DNA of 64,000 nucleotides from Bacteroidota bacterium. GTDB lineage: Bacteria; Bacteroidota; Bacteroidia; Bacteroidales; JAGNHN01. The stretch spans positions 65,682 through 129,681 of the forward strand of contig JAKLHK010000005.1 in the NCBI GenBank assembly GCA_022710185.1. Reading direction: 5' to 3'. How positions within the stretch are numbered: position 1 is the first letter of the stretch; each line of letters begins with the position of its first letter. This document shows positions 1-10,123 of the stretch, one piece after another. Below the pieces are notes generated by a model, which worked only from the letters and a program-made list of their open reading frames with translations, searched no databases and was not told the DNA's origin. The translations under genes and the position numbers were made by a program.

Positions 1-85
1 CCCGGATTTCCTCAATGTTCATACTTACTGTTTCGGGCAAATTTAGCATATCGGACTGAAAAGCATACCCTTAGGCTGTTGATGC

Positions 86-115
86 TTTGAAATGCCGAAC
101 CTTTGGCTAAATTTG
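86..115 (+). promoter_or_regulatory. Putative Bacteroidota-type promoter (TTTG at 86-89, TAAATTTG -7 box at 108-115)
   Basis: Exact match to the TAnnTTTG -7 consensus with a TTTG 18 nt upstream, about 50 nt before the ATG at 169. Motif match only. Confidence 0.3.
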
Positions 116-168
116 TAATATTGCCGGGAATTTGTGCGGCAAGCGTGGTATAACCAAAACCAGAACTT

Positions 169-1716
169 ATGTCACTGAAACAGAAGACCAGCGACCTCAA
201 GAAGCGAATGCGCGGGGCGTTGCAGGGAGGTGGCCAGCAGGCCATCGAGAAGCAGAAAGCCGGCGGTAAGATGACGGCCCGCGAGCGGATCATCGCCCTC
301 CTTGATCCGAAGTCCTTTCATGAGTATGACCTGTTTGTTGAGCATGCGGGCAAGGACTTTGACATGGACAAGAAGTACCTTCCCGGCGACGGGGTGATCA
401 CGGGTACCGGGACCATCAGCGGCTACCCGGTATGTATCTACGCCCAGGACTTCACGGTGGCCGGGGGATCCCTTGGCTGGATGCATTCCAAGAAGATCTG
501 CAAGATCATGGACCACGCCATGAAGCTGAAGGTACCTCTGATCGGTATCAACGACAGTGGGGGGGCACGTATCCAGGAAGGGGTGAACTCCCTGGCCGGC
601 TATGGGGAGATCTTCTACCGCAACACCCAGGCTTCCGGGGTGATCCCGCAGATCAGCGTGATCCTCGGCCCCTGCGCCGGAGGCGCGGTCTACTCCCCTG
701 CCCTCACCGATTTCGTCTTCGTGGTGGACAAGATCTCCAAAATGTTCATCACCGGCCCTGAGGTGATCAAGACGGTGTTAGGTGAGGAGATCAGCATGGA
801 AGACCTGGGTGGGGCCCGGGTGCATGCCGAAATCACGGGCAATGCGCACTTCTTCGCCGAAAGCGAAGACGAATGCTTCGCCCAGATCAAGGAACTGGTG
901 AGTTACATCCCCTGGAACAACGAGAAGAAAGCCGAGCCTTTCCCCAAGAAACCGCCCCGCATCCGCACCTATAAGATAGAGAACATCATCCCGGAAGACC
1001 CCAAGCAGCCTTACGATGTGCGCGACGTGATCCGTTCGATCAGCGACGACTCGGAATTCCTGGAGGTGATGGAACTCTTTGCCCAGAACATCGTGATCGG
1101 CTTTGCCCGCATGGGCGGGGAGACCGTGGGCTTCGTGGCCAATCAGCCTTTGGTGCTGGCCGGGGTGCTCGACGTGGACAGTTCCGACAAGGCCGCGCGC
1201 TTCATCCGCTTCTGCAATGCTTTCAACATCCCCTTGGTTACCCTGGTAGACCTGCCGGGTTACCTGCCCGGGGTAGACCAGGAGCATGCCGGCGTGATCC
1301 GGCATGGGGCTAAAGTGCTCTATGCTTACTCTGAAGCCACTGTGCCCAAGATTACAGTGATCCTTCGCAAAGCCTATGGCGGGGGTTATATCGCTATGTG
1401 CTCTACTCACCTCAAGGCCGACTTCGTATTTGCCTGGCCGGTGGCCGAGATTGCCGTGATGGGCCCTGAAGGCGCCGCCAACATCATTTTCCGCGCCGAG
1501 ATCAACAGCGCGGAGAACCCTGAAGCCATGCGCCGCCAGAAGATCAAGGAATACAAGAAGAAATTCGCCAATCCTTACGTTGCCGCAGCCTATGGCTATG
1601 TGGACGCAGTGATCGAACCCCCAGATACCCGGGCCTTCGTGATCCACGCCCTGGACATCAGCGCCGGCAAATCGGTGCAGCGCCCCAGCAAGAAGCACGG
1701 CATCCCGCCTTTCTGA
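169..1716 (+). CDS. Acyl-CoA carboxylase carboxyltransferase subunit (propionyl-CoA carboxylase beta / methylmalonyl-CoA decarboxylase alpha family)
   Basis: 515-aa ORF. The N-terminus (TARERIIALLDPKSF, DGVITGTGTISG, AQDFTVAGGSLG) and the two crotonase-like halves are typical of this family. A biotin-carrier gene follows. Confidence 0.9.
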   Translation: MSLKQKTSDLKKRMRGALQGGGQQAIEKQKAGGKMTARERIIALLDPKSFHEYDLFVEHAGKDFDMDKKYLPGDGVITGTGTISGYPVCIYAQDFTVAGGSLGWMHSKKICKIMDHAMKLKVPLIGINDSGGARIQEGVNSLAGYGEIFYRNTQASGVIPQISVILGPCAGGAVYSPALTDFVFVVDKISKMFITGPEVIKTVLGEEISMEDLGGARVHAEITGNAHFFAESEDECFAQIKELVSYIPWNNEKKAEPFPKKPPRIRTYKIENIIPEDPKQPYDVRDVIRSISDDSEFLEVMELFAQNIVIGFARMGGETVGFVANQPLVLAGVLDVDSSDKAARFIRFCNAFNIPLVTLVDLPGYLPGVDQEHAGVIRHGAKVLYAYSEATVPKITVILRKAYGGGYIAMCSTHLKADFVFAWPVAEIAVMGPEGAANIIFRAEINSAENPEAMRRQKIKEYKKKFANPYVAAAYGYVDAVIEPPDTRAFVIHALDISAGKSVQRPSKKHGIPPF

Positions 1717-1742
1717 TGCACTGAACCCGGTGATCATATCCT

Positions 1743-2081
1743 ATGAGCAGTACCATGGAAAACGAAAGCAGTGTAACCCGCTACAAGACGCTGGAGATCG
1801 ACAGTGTGCGTTACCGCACCACCTTCAACAAGAAGTTCGACCAGCGCAAGCCCTACGAGCCCATTAATCCTGACCATATACTGGCCTTCATTCCCGGTAC
1901 CATCCTGAAGATCTACGTGAAGAAGGGCATGAAGGTGAAGGAAGGGGAACGGCTGCTCGTACTGGAGGCCATGAAGATGAAGAACGACCTCATCGCGCAC
2001 CGTTCGGGCACCATCAAGGATGTGCTGGTGGCCGAAGGAGAGAGGGTACCCAAGAAACAACTGCTGATCGAGCTGGAATAG
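1743..2081 (+). CDS. Biotin/lipoyl attachment (biotin carboxyl carrier-like) protein
   Basis: 112 aa with the biotinylation motif LEAMKMKN near the C-terminus. It sits immediately downstream of the carboxyltransferase. Confidence 0.8.
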   Translation: MSSTMENESSVTRYKTLEIDSVRYRTTFNKKFDQRKPYEPINPDHILAFIPGTILKIYVKKGMKVKEGERLLVLEAMKMKNDLIAHRSGTIKDVLVAEGERVPKKQLLIELE

Positions 2082-2090
2082 GCCCTGGGA

Positions 2091-2699
2091 TCATGGCCTG
2101 GTCCATTCGTCGTTCAGTTCCCCGATAAGGCTGAGGATCTCCTCCCGGCCCTGACGGGTGGTGGCGGAGCTGATGATAGCCGGGGGCAGTGAATCCCAGG
2201 TCTGCATCAGCTCTTCCTTATATGCGGTCACTTGTTCCTGCAGCCGGGTGCGGCCCAGTTTGTCGGATTTCGTGAAGATGAGCACGAAGGGAATGCCGTT
2301 GCGGGCCATCCACTCCATGAAGCGGAGGTCGCTGTCCTGTGGCTCCAGCCGCGCATCCAGCAGCAGAAATACCTGTACCAGTGAGGTCCGCCCGGTAAGG
2401 TAAGTCCTCACCATGCGCTCCCAGCTGCCCCGTTCCGAGCGGGAACGGCGTGCGTACCCATACCCCGGAAGGTCCACCAGGTACCACTCCTCGTTAATGA
2501 TGAAATGACTGATCAGCTGGGTCTTGCCCGGGGTCCCGCTGGTCTTGGCCAGGCCCTTCTTTCCGGTGATCATATTGATGAGGGTGGACTTCCCCACATT
2601 GGAGCGTCCGATAAAGGCATATTCGGGGAGGAGGGGCTCGGGACACTGATCGAGTCGCGCCGAGCTTTTCACGTAGTCCGCTTTCTTTATTTCCATCAC
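2091..2699 (-). CDS. engB: Ribosome biogenesis GTP-binding protein EngB/YihA
   Basis: 202 aa. G1 motif GRSNVGKSTLIN, DLPGYGYA (G3) and TKSDK (G4), in the arrangement typical of EngB. Confidence 0.9.
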   Translation of the reverse strand: MMEIKKADYVKSSARLDQCPEPLLPEYAFIGRSNVGKSTLINMITGKKGLAKTSGTPGKTQLISHFIINEEWYLVDLPGYGYARRSRSERGSWERMVRTYLTGRTSLVQVFLLLDARLEPQDSDLRFMEWMARNGIPFVLIFTKSDKLGRTRLQEQVTAYKEELMQTWDSLPPAIISSATTRQGREEILSLIGELNDEWTRP

Positions 2700-3625
2700 A
2701 TCCCTTTCCGGTAGGTGTTCACATGGCGGTCTTTCTTGGCCTCGTAGATGTCGTTGATGGTCACCATGATGCCGGTCTCTTCCACATCGCCGAACACTTC
2801 ATTGATGGCGGTGCCGAAGGTGCGCATGGTGGAGCTGAGGTTCATATAGGCATTCACCAGGGGCGGGATGCCCTCACCCAGGCTGCGGACCTGCTGCACC
2901 AGGAGCTTGTAGTCGGCCTCATAGTTCCCTCCGCTGAACACGGCCTCCAGCTCCCCTGAGGGGGTGGTGAGGGCCATGGGTACGAAGGGCCTGACCAGTT
3001 CATCGGGATCGGGGAAGTATTTCCGGAGAAAATGCTGGATGAGGTCGCGGGCCCGGGTATTGAAGTGGGGGTACATGGTGATCTTGCCAAAGAACCAGCG
3101 GATGTCGGGATGATCGACCACCAGGGCGCCCAGACCATCCCAGAGGTTATCGAGGGAATACATCCCTTTACGGATGTTCATGGCCGGCTGGTAGGCCGGT
3201 TGGACGAAGGAGCGGCCCAGTTCGATGGTATAGGGCATATAGTGCCCTATGAAGCGTTCGCTCAGGCGGAACAGCCGGGAGGTGGGGCTCTGCGGGGCAC
3301 CCTCATGGATTTCCAGGTCGCGGCAGTGGATGAAGCGATAGCCCCCCACGATCTCCTGTTCTTCGGGGTTCCATACGATGAGTTGCTGGAACGGCAGGGG
3401 CATGGTATCGTAGCGGTCGATGTCGGCCGATTTGCCCGTGCCCCCTCCGGCTTCACGGAAGCTGAGCTCGCGCAGGCGACCGATCTCCTGCATCACCTGT
3501 GGGGCCGAGTGGGCATCCACAATATATATTTCATTGTTCCCATTGTTGGTCTGGCGCACGAAATGCCCTTCGCCCAACTCAGCGAGCAGCAGTCTGCGGT
3601 CTATGGGAGGGATGAGTTCCTGCAT
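2696..3625 (-). CDS. GNAT-type N-acyltransferase (OlsB/GlsB-like, N-acyl amino acid lipid synthesis)
   Basis: 309 aa. The sequence pattern resembles the hemolysin-like/OlsB family found in Bacteroidota. It overlaps engB by 4 nt and follows an acyltransferase gene. Confidence 0.65.
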   Translation of the reverse strand: MQELIPPIDRRLLLAELGEGHFVRQTNNGNNEIYIVDAHSAPQVMQEIGRLRELSFREAGGGTGKSADIDRYDTMPLPFQQLIVWNPEEQEIVGGYRFIHCRDLEIHEGAPQSPTSRLFRLSERFIGHYMPYTIELGRSFVQPAYQPAMNIRKGMYSLDNLWDGLGALVVDHPDIRWFFGKITMYPHFNTRARDLIQHFLRKYFPDPDELVRPFVPMALTTPSGELEAVFSGGNYEADYKLLVQQVRSLGEGIPPLVNAYMNLSSTMRTFGTAINEVFGDVEETGIMVTINDIYEAKKDRHVNTYRKGM

Positions 3626-3632
3626 GGGTAGT

Positions 3633-4517
3633 TCAGGGGTTAGGTAGGTTAGGGTCGAAGAGGGCCCCGGGCTCCCGCTCCAGCCGGTAGGTGTGGGCCT
3701 TCAGCCGTCCGGCCCAGTCCGCATCCTTGCGGCTGCGGTCGAAAATATCATAGGGTATGGGGCGGCCGAAGGTGATGCGGACCTCCTGGTCCTTCTGTTT
3801 CACCATCTCATCAACGAGGTAAAGCATTTCTACGTTGGTTCGAAGCCCGACTGCCGTGCGGAAATTGGCGAGGTTGTAGAAGAAATTGGAATTACGCCCC
3901 GAGATGTGGACCGGAATGACATCGCGTTCATAGCGCCGGGCCCTGGTCACGATACCCTTTTTCCATTCCAGGTCGAGGATCCGCCCATGCTGCTTACGGG
4001 AACACAAGCCTGCAGGGAAGTAGAGGACCAGCTTGTCGGAGGCGAAGGTATCGTCGAACACCTTCACATTGGACGCATTGCTGCCGTGCTTGTTGATGGG
4101 GATGAAGAGTCCGCGCAGGTTGGGGATGTGCATCAGGAGGTCGTTCACGGGGAAAACGATGTCTTTTCTGACACTTCCTACCACCTTCATCAGGGCCAGG
4201 CCGTCGAGCCCCCCCAGAGGGTGGTTGGCCACGATGAGGCCACGGCCTGTGGGCGGTATATTGGCCAGGCCTTCCACCATGATCCTGACCCCGAAATCCT
4301 TCAGCACTTCATCAATAAACTCCAGTCCCTGAGTCCCTTGCAGCCTACCCAGTGTAGCGTTGATCCGGTCCTGGTGAATAATGCGTTTGAGATAGCGTAG
4401 TACGAAGCCGGGGAGGATACGGAGCAGGCGGGGGCTCTTGCCGGAGATCACCCGCTCGAGGTCCACGAACGCCGGCTGTGCTTCCGGAATGCCCGTCATT
4501 TCTGCATCTGCGCTCAT
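3633..4517 (-). CDS. Lysophospholipid (PlsC-family) acyltransferase, OlsA/GlsA-like
   Basis: 294 aa with the acyltransferase block VANHPLGGLDG and FPAG. It is paired head-to-tail with the GNAT N-acyltransferase. Confidence 0.7.
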   Translation of the reverse strand: MSADAEMTGIPEAQPAFVDLERVISGKSPRLLRILPGFVLRYLKRIIHQDRINATLGRLQGTQGLEFIDEVLKDFGVRIMVEGLANIPPTGRGLIVANHPLGGLDGLALMKVVGSVRKDIVFPVNDLLMHIPNLRGLFIPINKHGSNASNVKVFDDTFASDKLVLYFPAGLCSRKQHGRILDLEWKKGIVTRARRYERDVIPVHISGRNSNFFYNLANFRTAVGLRTNVEMLYLVDEMVKQKDQEVRITFGRPIPYDIFDRSRKDADWAGRLKAHTYRLEREPGALFDPNLPNP

Positions 4518-4728
4518 ACAGCCTTTTTCAGGTGAGGATCAAAGATAGGGATTTTTCGCCTTTCGGGGCACTATTAACATATTTCGCTGAATATCAACAC
4601 CTTTCGGCTTTGTTAATAACTGGGCTGTAATCCCACCTTTTCCCACCGTTATAATTCAAACTTTTTCAATGACTTACTGTAACCATTTTTTCAGAATGGC
4701 GTTATACAAGGTACTATTTATCAACATT

Positions 4729-4764
4729 GTGGTAGCATGTGGTAAATAGTGGTAGAAGGTGCAG
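4729..4764 (+). promoter_or_regulatory. Putative MraZ operator: GTGGTA direct repeats with 10-bp periodicity
   Basis: GTGGTA at 4729, 4739 and 4749, plus a degenerate GTGCAG at 4759, all about 30-60 nt upstream of the mraZ ATG. This mirrors the known phased direct-repeat MraZ boxes. Confidence 0.5.
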
Positions 4765-4791
4765 TATATTTACGCCTTGAAGCCTGAACGG

Positions 4792-5271
4792 ATGATCAAC
4801 TTCATCGGAGAATACGAATGCAGGATGGATGCGAAGGGTCGCATCGTACTGCCCTCCGGCCTGAAAAAGCAGGTCCCGGTGGAAGCCGATGATCGTTTTG
4901 TGATCAACCGGGGTTTCGAAAAGTGCCTGATCATCTATCCACTCAATGTGTGGAACCGGATCAGTGAGGAGATCAACCGCCTGAACCCCTACGTAAGGAA
5001 GAACCGCGAATTTGTGCGCTATTTCTACCGCGGGGCCACGGAGATCCGCCTGGATGCCACCAACCGTCTGCTGTTCCCCAAGGCTTTGATGGAATATGCC
5101 GACATCGATAAGGACGTGGTCCTTTTCGCCCATGGTGACCGTATCGAGGTTTGGAACAAGCTGCTTTACGATGCGCAGCTGAACGTGGAATCAGAGGACT
5201 TCTCCTCCCTGGCCGAAGATGTCATGGGCAGTTTCGGAAAACCAGAAGGTTCAAGGGGAGATGTATCATAA
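4792..5271 (+). CDS. mraZ: Transcriptional regulator MraZ
   Basis: MINFIGEYECRMDAKGRIVLPSGLKK with two SpoVT/AbrB-like halves. I trimmed the start from the ORF-track GTG at 4759 to the ATG at 4792. It is the first gene of the dcw cluster. Confidence 0.9.
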   Translation: MINFIGEYECRMDAKGRIVLPSGLKKQVPVEADDRFVINRGFEKCLIIYPLNVWNRISEEINRLNPYVRKNREFVRYFYRGATEIRLDATNRLLFPKALMEYADIDKDVVLFAHGDRIEVWNKLLYDAQLNVESEDFSSLAEDVMGSFGKPEGSRGDVS

Positions 5272-6172
5272 GCCTGCACTACTGAACGAGACCCTCGGGT
5301 TACTCTCGGTCCGGCCGGGAGGCACCTACGTGGACCTAACCCTGGGGGGTGGCGGCCACAGCCGAGGCATCCTGGAGCAGCTGGGCGAAGGGCGGCTCCT
5401 CGCCTTCGATCAGGATGAAGAGGCCCGTGCCAATGTTCCCGGGGATCCCCGGGTGACCTTCATCCCTGAGAACTTCCGCTTCTTCTCCAACTTCCTCAAG
5501 TATCACAAAGCCTATCCGGTTGACGGCATCCTGGCCGACCTGGGGGTGAGCAGCCACCAGATCGATGCCCCCGAGCGTGGGTTTTCCACCCGTTTCGACG
5601 GCCCCCTGGACATGCGCATGAACGCCCGGTGGGGGCAGACCGCCGCCGAATTCATCGCCGGTGCTACCCACCCCGAACTCGCCCGTGTGTTCCGCGAATA
5701 CGGGGAGATCCCCAATGCCGGCCGCTTGGCCAGCGCCATAGTGCATGCCAGGACAGAACAGGCCGTGGACACCACCACCCGGCTGCGCGGCATTGCCCAG
5801 CCCCTGGCGCCCAGAGGGAAAGAAAACCAATACTACGCCAGGGTATTCCAGTCGCTGAGGATACATGTAAACGCTGAACTGGAAGCCCTGGAGGCCATGT
5901 TGCACCAACTACCCCAGGCCTTGCGCAGCGGGGGCCGCGTGGCGATCATCAGCTGGCATTCCCTGGAAGACCGCATGGTCAAGAACTTCTTCCGGAGCGG
6001 AAGCCCGGACGGAACGCTGCAGAAAGATTTCTACGGCCACGTCCTCACCCCTTTCCAGCCCGTAACCCGCAAGGCCGTTGAGGCAGGAAGCGCGGAAGTG
6101 GACGACAACCCCCGCTCCCGCAGTGCCCGCCTGCGTGTGGCCGAACGCAACGAAATGCAATACCATGGCTAA
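5261..6172 (+). CDS. rsmH: 16S rRNA (cytosine1402-N4)-methyltransferase RsmH
   Basis: MYHKPALLNETL, DLTLGGGGHS and GILADLGVSSHQID motifs. I chose the ATG at 5261; an alternative ATG lies at 5219. Confidence 0.92.
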   Translation: MYHKPALLNETLGLLSVRPGGTYVDLTLGGGGHSRGILEQLGEGRLLAFDQDEEARANVPGDPRVTFIPENFRFFSNFLKYHKAYPVDGILADLGVSSHQIDAPERGFSTRFDGPLDMRMNARWGQTAAEFIAGATHPELARVFREYGEIPNAGRLASAIVHARTEQAVDTTTRLRGIAQPLAPRGKENQYYARVFQSLRIHVNAELEALEAMLHQLPQALRSGGRVAIISWHSLEDRMVKNFFRSGSPDGTLQKDFYGHVLTPFQPVTRKAVEAGSAEVDDNPRSRSARLRVAERNEMQYHG

Positions 6173-6548
6173 GGAGAACGGAAATATGCCCCAGCCTCCG
6201 CAGCCTGCGCCACAGGGCAAATCACTGGGCATGGTGGCCCGCATCCTGGCCGGAATCCTGGGAGGGAGCATCCTCACCAGGGAGAATGTGGTGCGCTCCC
6301 TGCCCTTTATGTTCTACCTCGCCATGCTGGCCCTGGTATATATCAGCAACAGCTATTACGCCGAGCGTACCATCATCCGCAGTTACCACCTGCGCAAGGA
6401 GATCAAGGAACTGCGGTATGCCTTCATTACCGGACGCTCGGAGCTGATGTTCGAAAGCAAGCAGACCGAGGTGGCCCGCAGACTGGAACCCACAGGGGTC
6501 AGGGAATCGCGCATCCCCCCGCAAAAGATCTCATTGGATACCCCGTGA
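6165..6548 (+). CDS. ftsL: FtsL-like cell division protein
   Basis: 127 aa with a single TM segment (LPFMFYLAMLALVYISNSYY) followed by a helical region. It occupies the canonical slot between rsmH and ftsI. The call rests on position and topology only. Confidence 0.6.
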   Translation: MAKENGNMPQPPQPAPQGKSLGMVARILAGILGGSILTRENVVRSLPFMFYLAMLALVYISNSYYAERTIIRSYHLRKEIKELRYAFITGRSELMFESKQTEVARRLEPTGVRESRIPPQKISLDTP

Positions 6549-8650
6549 CCACGATGGCAGCACAAGGATACATACCATCGCGCATCTACCTGGTGTACCT
6601 GCTGATTGCCCTCGGGGCGATCGGGGTGGTCGGGCGCATTGCCTACATCCAGTTCGCGCTCAGGGACCACTACGAACAGCTTTCGCGGGAGCGCACCCTG
6701 CGTTATTTCAGCATTGAAGAGAACCGGGGCAGCATCTATGCCGCCGACGGCAGCCTCCTCTCTGCCTCGGTACCCTCTTTCGATGTCCGCCTCGACCTGC
6801 ATCCCAGTGTCATCCCCGACGAGTACTTCCTCAGCCGTGTCGACAGCCTGGCCCGGTCCCTCTCCCTGCTGTTCAAGGATAAGTCGCCGCGAGCCTACCG
6901 CTCGGCCCTGATGCAGGCCCGTTCGGAGGGAGACCGTTACTTCCTTCTCAGACGGGGCGTAAGCTATCCCCAGCTGAAGCAACTGCGCACCTTCCCAATC
7001 CTCGACCGTGGGCGATATGGCGGTGGGCTGATCGCAGAGCAGCGCAATGTGCGTGTCAAGCCCTTCCGCATGCTGGCAGAGCGTACCATAGGCTTCGACC
7101 GCAGCGATTTCCATGTCGGACTGGAAGGGGCCTACCGTGAGGAACTGGAAGGCATCAGCGGACGCCGCCTCATGCGCAGGATCACAAATAATATGTGGGT
7201 GCCGGTGAACGACGAGAACGAGATCGAGCCCCAGGACGGCAACGACATCATCACCAATATCGACGTCAACATCCAGGATGTGGCCGAGCACAGCCTGATG
7301 GAGCACCTGGCCCGCCACGACGCCGACCACGGCTGTGCCGTGCTGATGGAGGTATCCACGGGCTATGTGGTGGCCATCGCCAACCTCCGCAAGAAGGGGG
7401 ATGGCCGGTATGAAGAGGACTACAACTTTGCCGTTGGCGAGAGTGCCGAACCCGGCTCAACCTTCAAGCTGGCCTCCCTGATGGTAGCATTGGAGGACGG
7501 GAGGCTGCGGCTGGACCAGACTGTCGACACCCGCGAAGGCGTGGTCAGTTTTTACGGCCGCCAGATGAAGGATTCCCATCACGGGGGCTATGGCCGGATC
7601 ACGCTGCAGAAGGCTTTCGAGCTCTCCTCCAATGTGGGCATCTCGGTAGCCATTCAGGAAGCCTACGCCCAGGATCCTTCGCGTTTCGTGGAGGGCCTCA
7701 GGCGCATGTCACTGGGAAGTCCATTGGGCCTTGAGATCCCGGGCGAAGGCAAACCCCTGATCAAAGGCCCCGGGGAAAAGGGCTGGTCCGGCCTGAGCCT
7801 CCCCTGGATGTCGATCGGCTACGAAGTGGCAATCACCCCCCTCCAGACCCTGGCCTTCTATAATGCGGTGGCCAATGATGGGAAGATGGTGAAGCCGCTC
7901 TTCGTCAGGGAAGTCCGCCGGGGAGGTCAGCTCATCCGCGAACACAAGCCCCAGGTGATCAATCCCTCCATCTGTTCCCGTGAGACCCTGGCCCAGGTTC
8001 GCGGTATGCTCGAAGGGGTGGTAGAACGCGGTACCGCCAAACAGCTCAGCAACACGGTATACCGCATTGCCGGCAAGACGGGAACTGCACAAATCGCCAG
8101 CGCCAGGTCCGGCTACAACAAAAAAGACTACCGGGCTTCCTTTGTCGGATATTTCCCGGCCGGAAACCCCAAATACTCGTGCATCGTGGTGATCGACGGG
8201 CCACGGGAGGGCCACATCTACGGCGCAGCCGTGGCAGCCCCCGTATTCCGCGACATTGCCGACAAGGTATATGCCACGCATCTCGAGATCCAGGATATCC
8301 AAGATTCCCTCCCTCCAATCTCAGGCTCCGCTCCGATAACGCCCGGGGGGCACACCGATGACCTTCACGCCCTGTGCAGCTCTCTCGGCTCTACCCCCCG
8401 GGTTTCGGAGCACTCTTCCCCATGGGTGGTCCCCATGACCGGGGAAAAGGGTGTGGAATATGTCCCCCGCAACGTACTTCCGGGGGTAGTACCGAATGTC
8501 ACCGGCATGAACGTCCGCGATGCGGTCTACATCCTCGAAACCCTCGGCATGAGCGTACAGCTCAGGGGCAAGGGGGTGGTTCATGCCCAGAGCGTTGCAC
8601 CCGGCAGCCCTGCTCAACGGGGACAGGCCATAACCCTGGAACTGTCATGA
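6545..8650 (+). CDS. ftsI: Penicillin-binding protein (FtsI/PBP3-type transpeptidase) with a C-terminal PASTA-like domain
   Basis: STFK, SSN and KTGTA active-site motifs in order, plus an N-terminal TM anchor. The start is a GTG at 6545 overlapping the ftsL stop; an alternative ATG lies at 6554. Confidence 0.9.
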   Translation: MTTMAAQGYIPSRIYLVYLLIALGAIGVVGRIAYIQFALRDHYEQLSRERTLRYFSIEENRGSIYAADGSLLSASVPSFDVRLDLHPSVIPDEYFLSRVDSLARSLSLLFKDKSPRAYRSALMQARSEGDRYFLLRRGVSYPQLKQLRTFPILDRGRYGGGLIAEQRNVRVKPFRMLAERTIGFDRSDFHVGLEGAYREELEGISGRRLMRRITNNMWVPVNDENEIEPQDGNDIITNIDVNIQDVAEHSLMEHLARHDADHGCAVLMEVSTGYVVAIANLRKKGDGRYEEDYNFAVGESAEPGSTFKLASLMVALEDGRLRLDQTVDTREGVVSFYGRQMKDSHHGGYGRITLQKAFELSSNVGISVAIQEAYAQDPSRFVEGLRRMSLGSPLGLEIPGEGKPLIKGPGEKGWSGLSLPWMSIGYEVAITPLQTLAFYNAVANDGKMVKPLFVREVRRGGQLIREHKPQVINPSICSRETLAQVRGMLEGVVERGTAKQLSNTVYRIAGKTGTAQIASARSGYNKKDYRASFVGYFPAGNPKYSCIVVIDGPREGHIYGAAVAAPVFRDIADKVYATHLEIQDIQDSLPPISGSAPITPGGHTDDLHALCSSLGSTPRVSEHSSPWVVPMTGEKGVEYVPRNVLPGVVPNVTGMNVRDAVYILETLGMSVQLRGKGVVHAQSVAPGSPAQRGQAITLELS

Positions 8651-10119
8651 GGGAAAAAGGGCTGCAGCATATCCTATACCGTGCCGGCATCATCGCTACG
8701 GAAGGTCCCCTGGATCGCCGGGTGGACCACCTCAGCATTGACTCGCGTCAGTTGGGGCCTTCCAGCCTGTTTGCCGCCCTGCCGGGCACGCGCACCGATG
8801 GCCACGCCTTCATCCCTGCCGCCATCGCGGGAGGGGCAGGGGTAATCCTCTGTGAGCGCATGCCCGAGACCCGCCCTGCGGGTATCACCTTTATTCAGGT
8901 GAATGATGCCAGGAAGGCCCTGGGCAGCATCGCCTCCAACTTCTACGACCATCCCAGCGCTTCCCTGCAGCTGGTCGGAGTTACGGGTACCAACGGCAAG
9001 ACCACCACGGCCAGCCTGCTTTATCAGGTGTTCCGTTCCCTGGGCTATGCCAGTGGGTTGCTGTCGACCATCAGCAATCGCATCGATACCCGTGAGGTGG
9101 CCGCAACGCATACCACACCGGATGTGATCTCCATCAACCGCTGGCTGGCGGAAATGGCTGAAGCCCGCTGCGCCTATGCCTTCATGGAGGTGAGCTCACA
9201 TGCCGTAGACCAGGAGCGCATCGCCGGCCTGCGCTTTGCCGGGGCCATCTTCAGTAACCTCACCCACGACCACCTGGATTACCACCATACGTTCGAAGCC
9301 TACCGGGATGCCAAGAAGGCCTTCTTCGACGGGCTCGGCAAGGAGGCGTTCGCCCTGAGCAATACCGACGACCGCAACGGGAGTGTGATGCTGCAGAACA
9401 CCTCCGCCCGCTGCCGCAGCTACGGCCTGCTGCGCCCTGCCGATTACAAAGGCCAGGTGATGGAGAGCGATTTCAGCGGGATGCAGCTGCGGGTGAACGG
9501 ACAGGAGCTCTGGACCCCCCTGGTCGGCCGCTTCAATGCATACAACCTGCTTGCGGTCTATGGCGCAGCCAGCGAACTGGGCGTCAGCCCGGAGGAACTG
9601 CTCCCGGTGCTGAGCACAGTGCGCCCGGCCGAAGGACGTTTTGAATATGTACGCGATGAGGCCGGACGGACGGCCATTGTGGACTACGCCCATACACCCG
9701 ACGCCCTGAAAAACGTGCTGGAGACCATCAACGACATCCGTGGGGTACAGGGGACGCTGATCACTGTGGTTGGTGCCGGTGGGGACCGCGACGCCACCAA
9801 GCGCCCGGTCATGGCGGCTACCGCTGCTCAGCTGAGCGACCGCCTCATCCTGACCTCCGACAACCCCCGTTCCGAGGACCCTGAACAGATCATCCGCGAG
9901 ATGCAGGCCGGACTGGATGCGCTGACCCGCCGCAAGACCATCGCCATCACCGACCGCCGCGAGGCCATACGCACCGCCGTGGCACTGGCCGGAAACGGGG
10001 ACATCATCCTCATCGCCGGAAAAGGCCATGAGAAATACCAGGAGATCCAGGGGGTAAAGCACCCCTTCGACGATAAGCAAGTCGTGGCCGAAGCCTTAAA
10101 GGAAACCTCACAAGGATAG
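8647..10119 (+). CDS. murE: UDP-N-acetylmuramoyl-L-alanyl-D-glutamate--2,6-diaminopimelate ligase MurE
   Basis: [12 protein letters not shown]-loop and DNPR motif. The ATG at 8647 forms an ATGA overlap with the ftsI stop. The upstream in-frame extension (8374-8646) lies inside ftsI. Confidence 0.92.
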   Translation: MREKGLQHILYRAGIIATEGPLDRRVDHLSIDSRQLGPSSLFAALPGTRTDGHAFIPAAIAGGAGVILCERMPETRPAGITFIQVNDARKALGSIASNFYDHPSASLQLVGVTGTNGKTTTASLLYQVFRSLGYASGLLSTISNRIDTREVAATHTTPDVISINRWLAEMAEARCAYAFMEVSSHAVDQERIAGLRFAGAIFSNLTHDHLDYHHTFEAYRDAKKAFFDGLGKEAFALSNTDDRNGSVMLQNTSARCRSYGLLRPADYKGQVMESDFSGMQLRVNGQELWTPLVGRFNAYNLLAVYGAASELGVSPEELLPVLSTVRPAEGRFEYVRDEAGRTAIVDYAHTPDALKNVLETINDIRGVQGTLITVVGAGGDRDATKRPVMAATAAQLSDRLILTSDNPRSEDPEQIIREMQAGLDALTRRKTIAITDRREAIRTAVALAGNGDIILIAGKGHEKYQEIQGVKHPFDDKQVVAEALKETSQG

Positions 10120-10123
10120 GGAT

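Noticed and set aside
8374-8646. In-frame upstream extensions of murE (also ftsW 12504-12731, ABC exporter 42854-43126, GT4 58025-58321, SGNH 51927-52145)
   Set aside because: Each extension overlaps the well-supported upstream gene. In each case a start codon at or next to the upstream stop gives a protein with the family-typical N-terminus.
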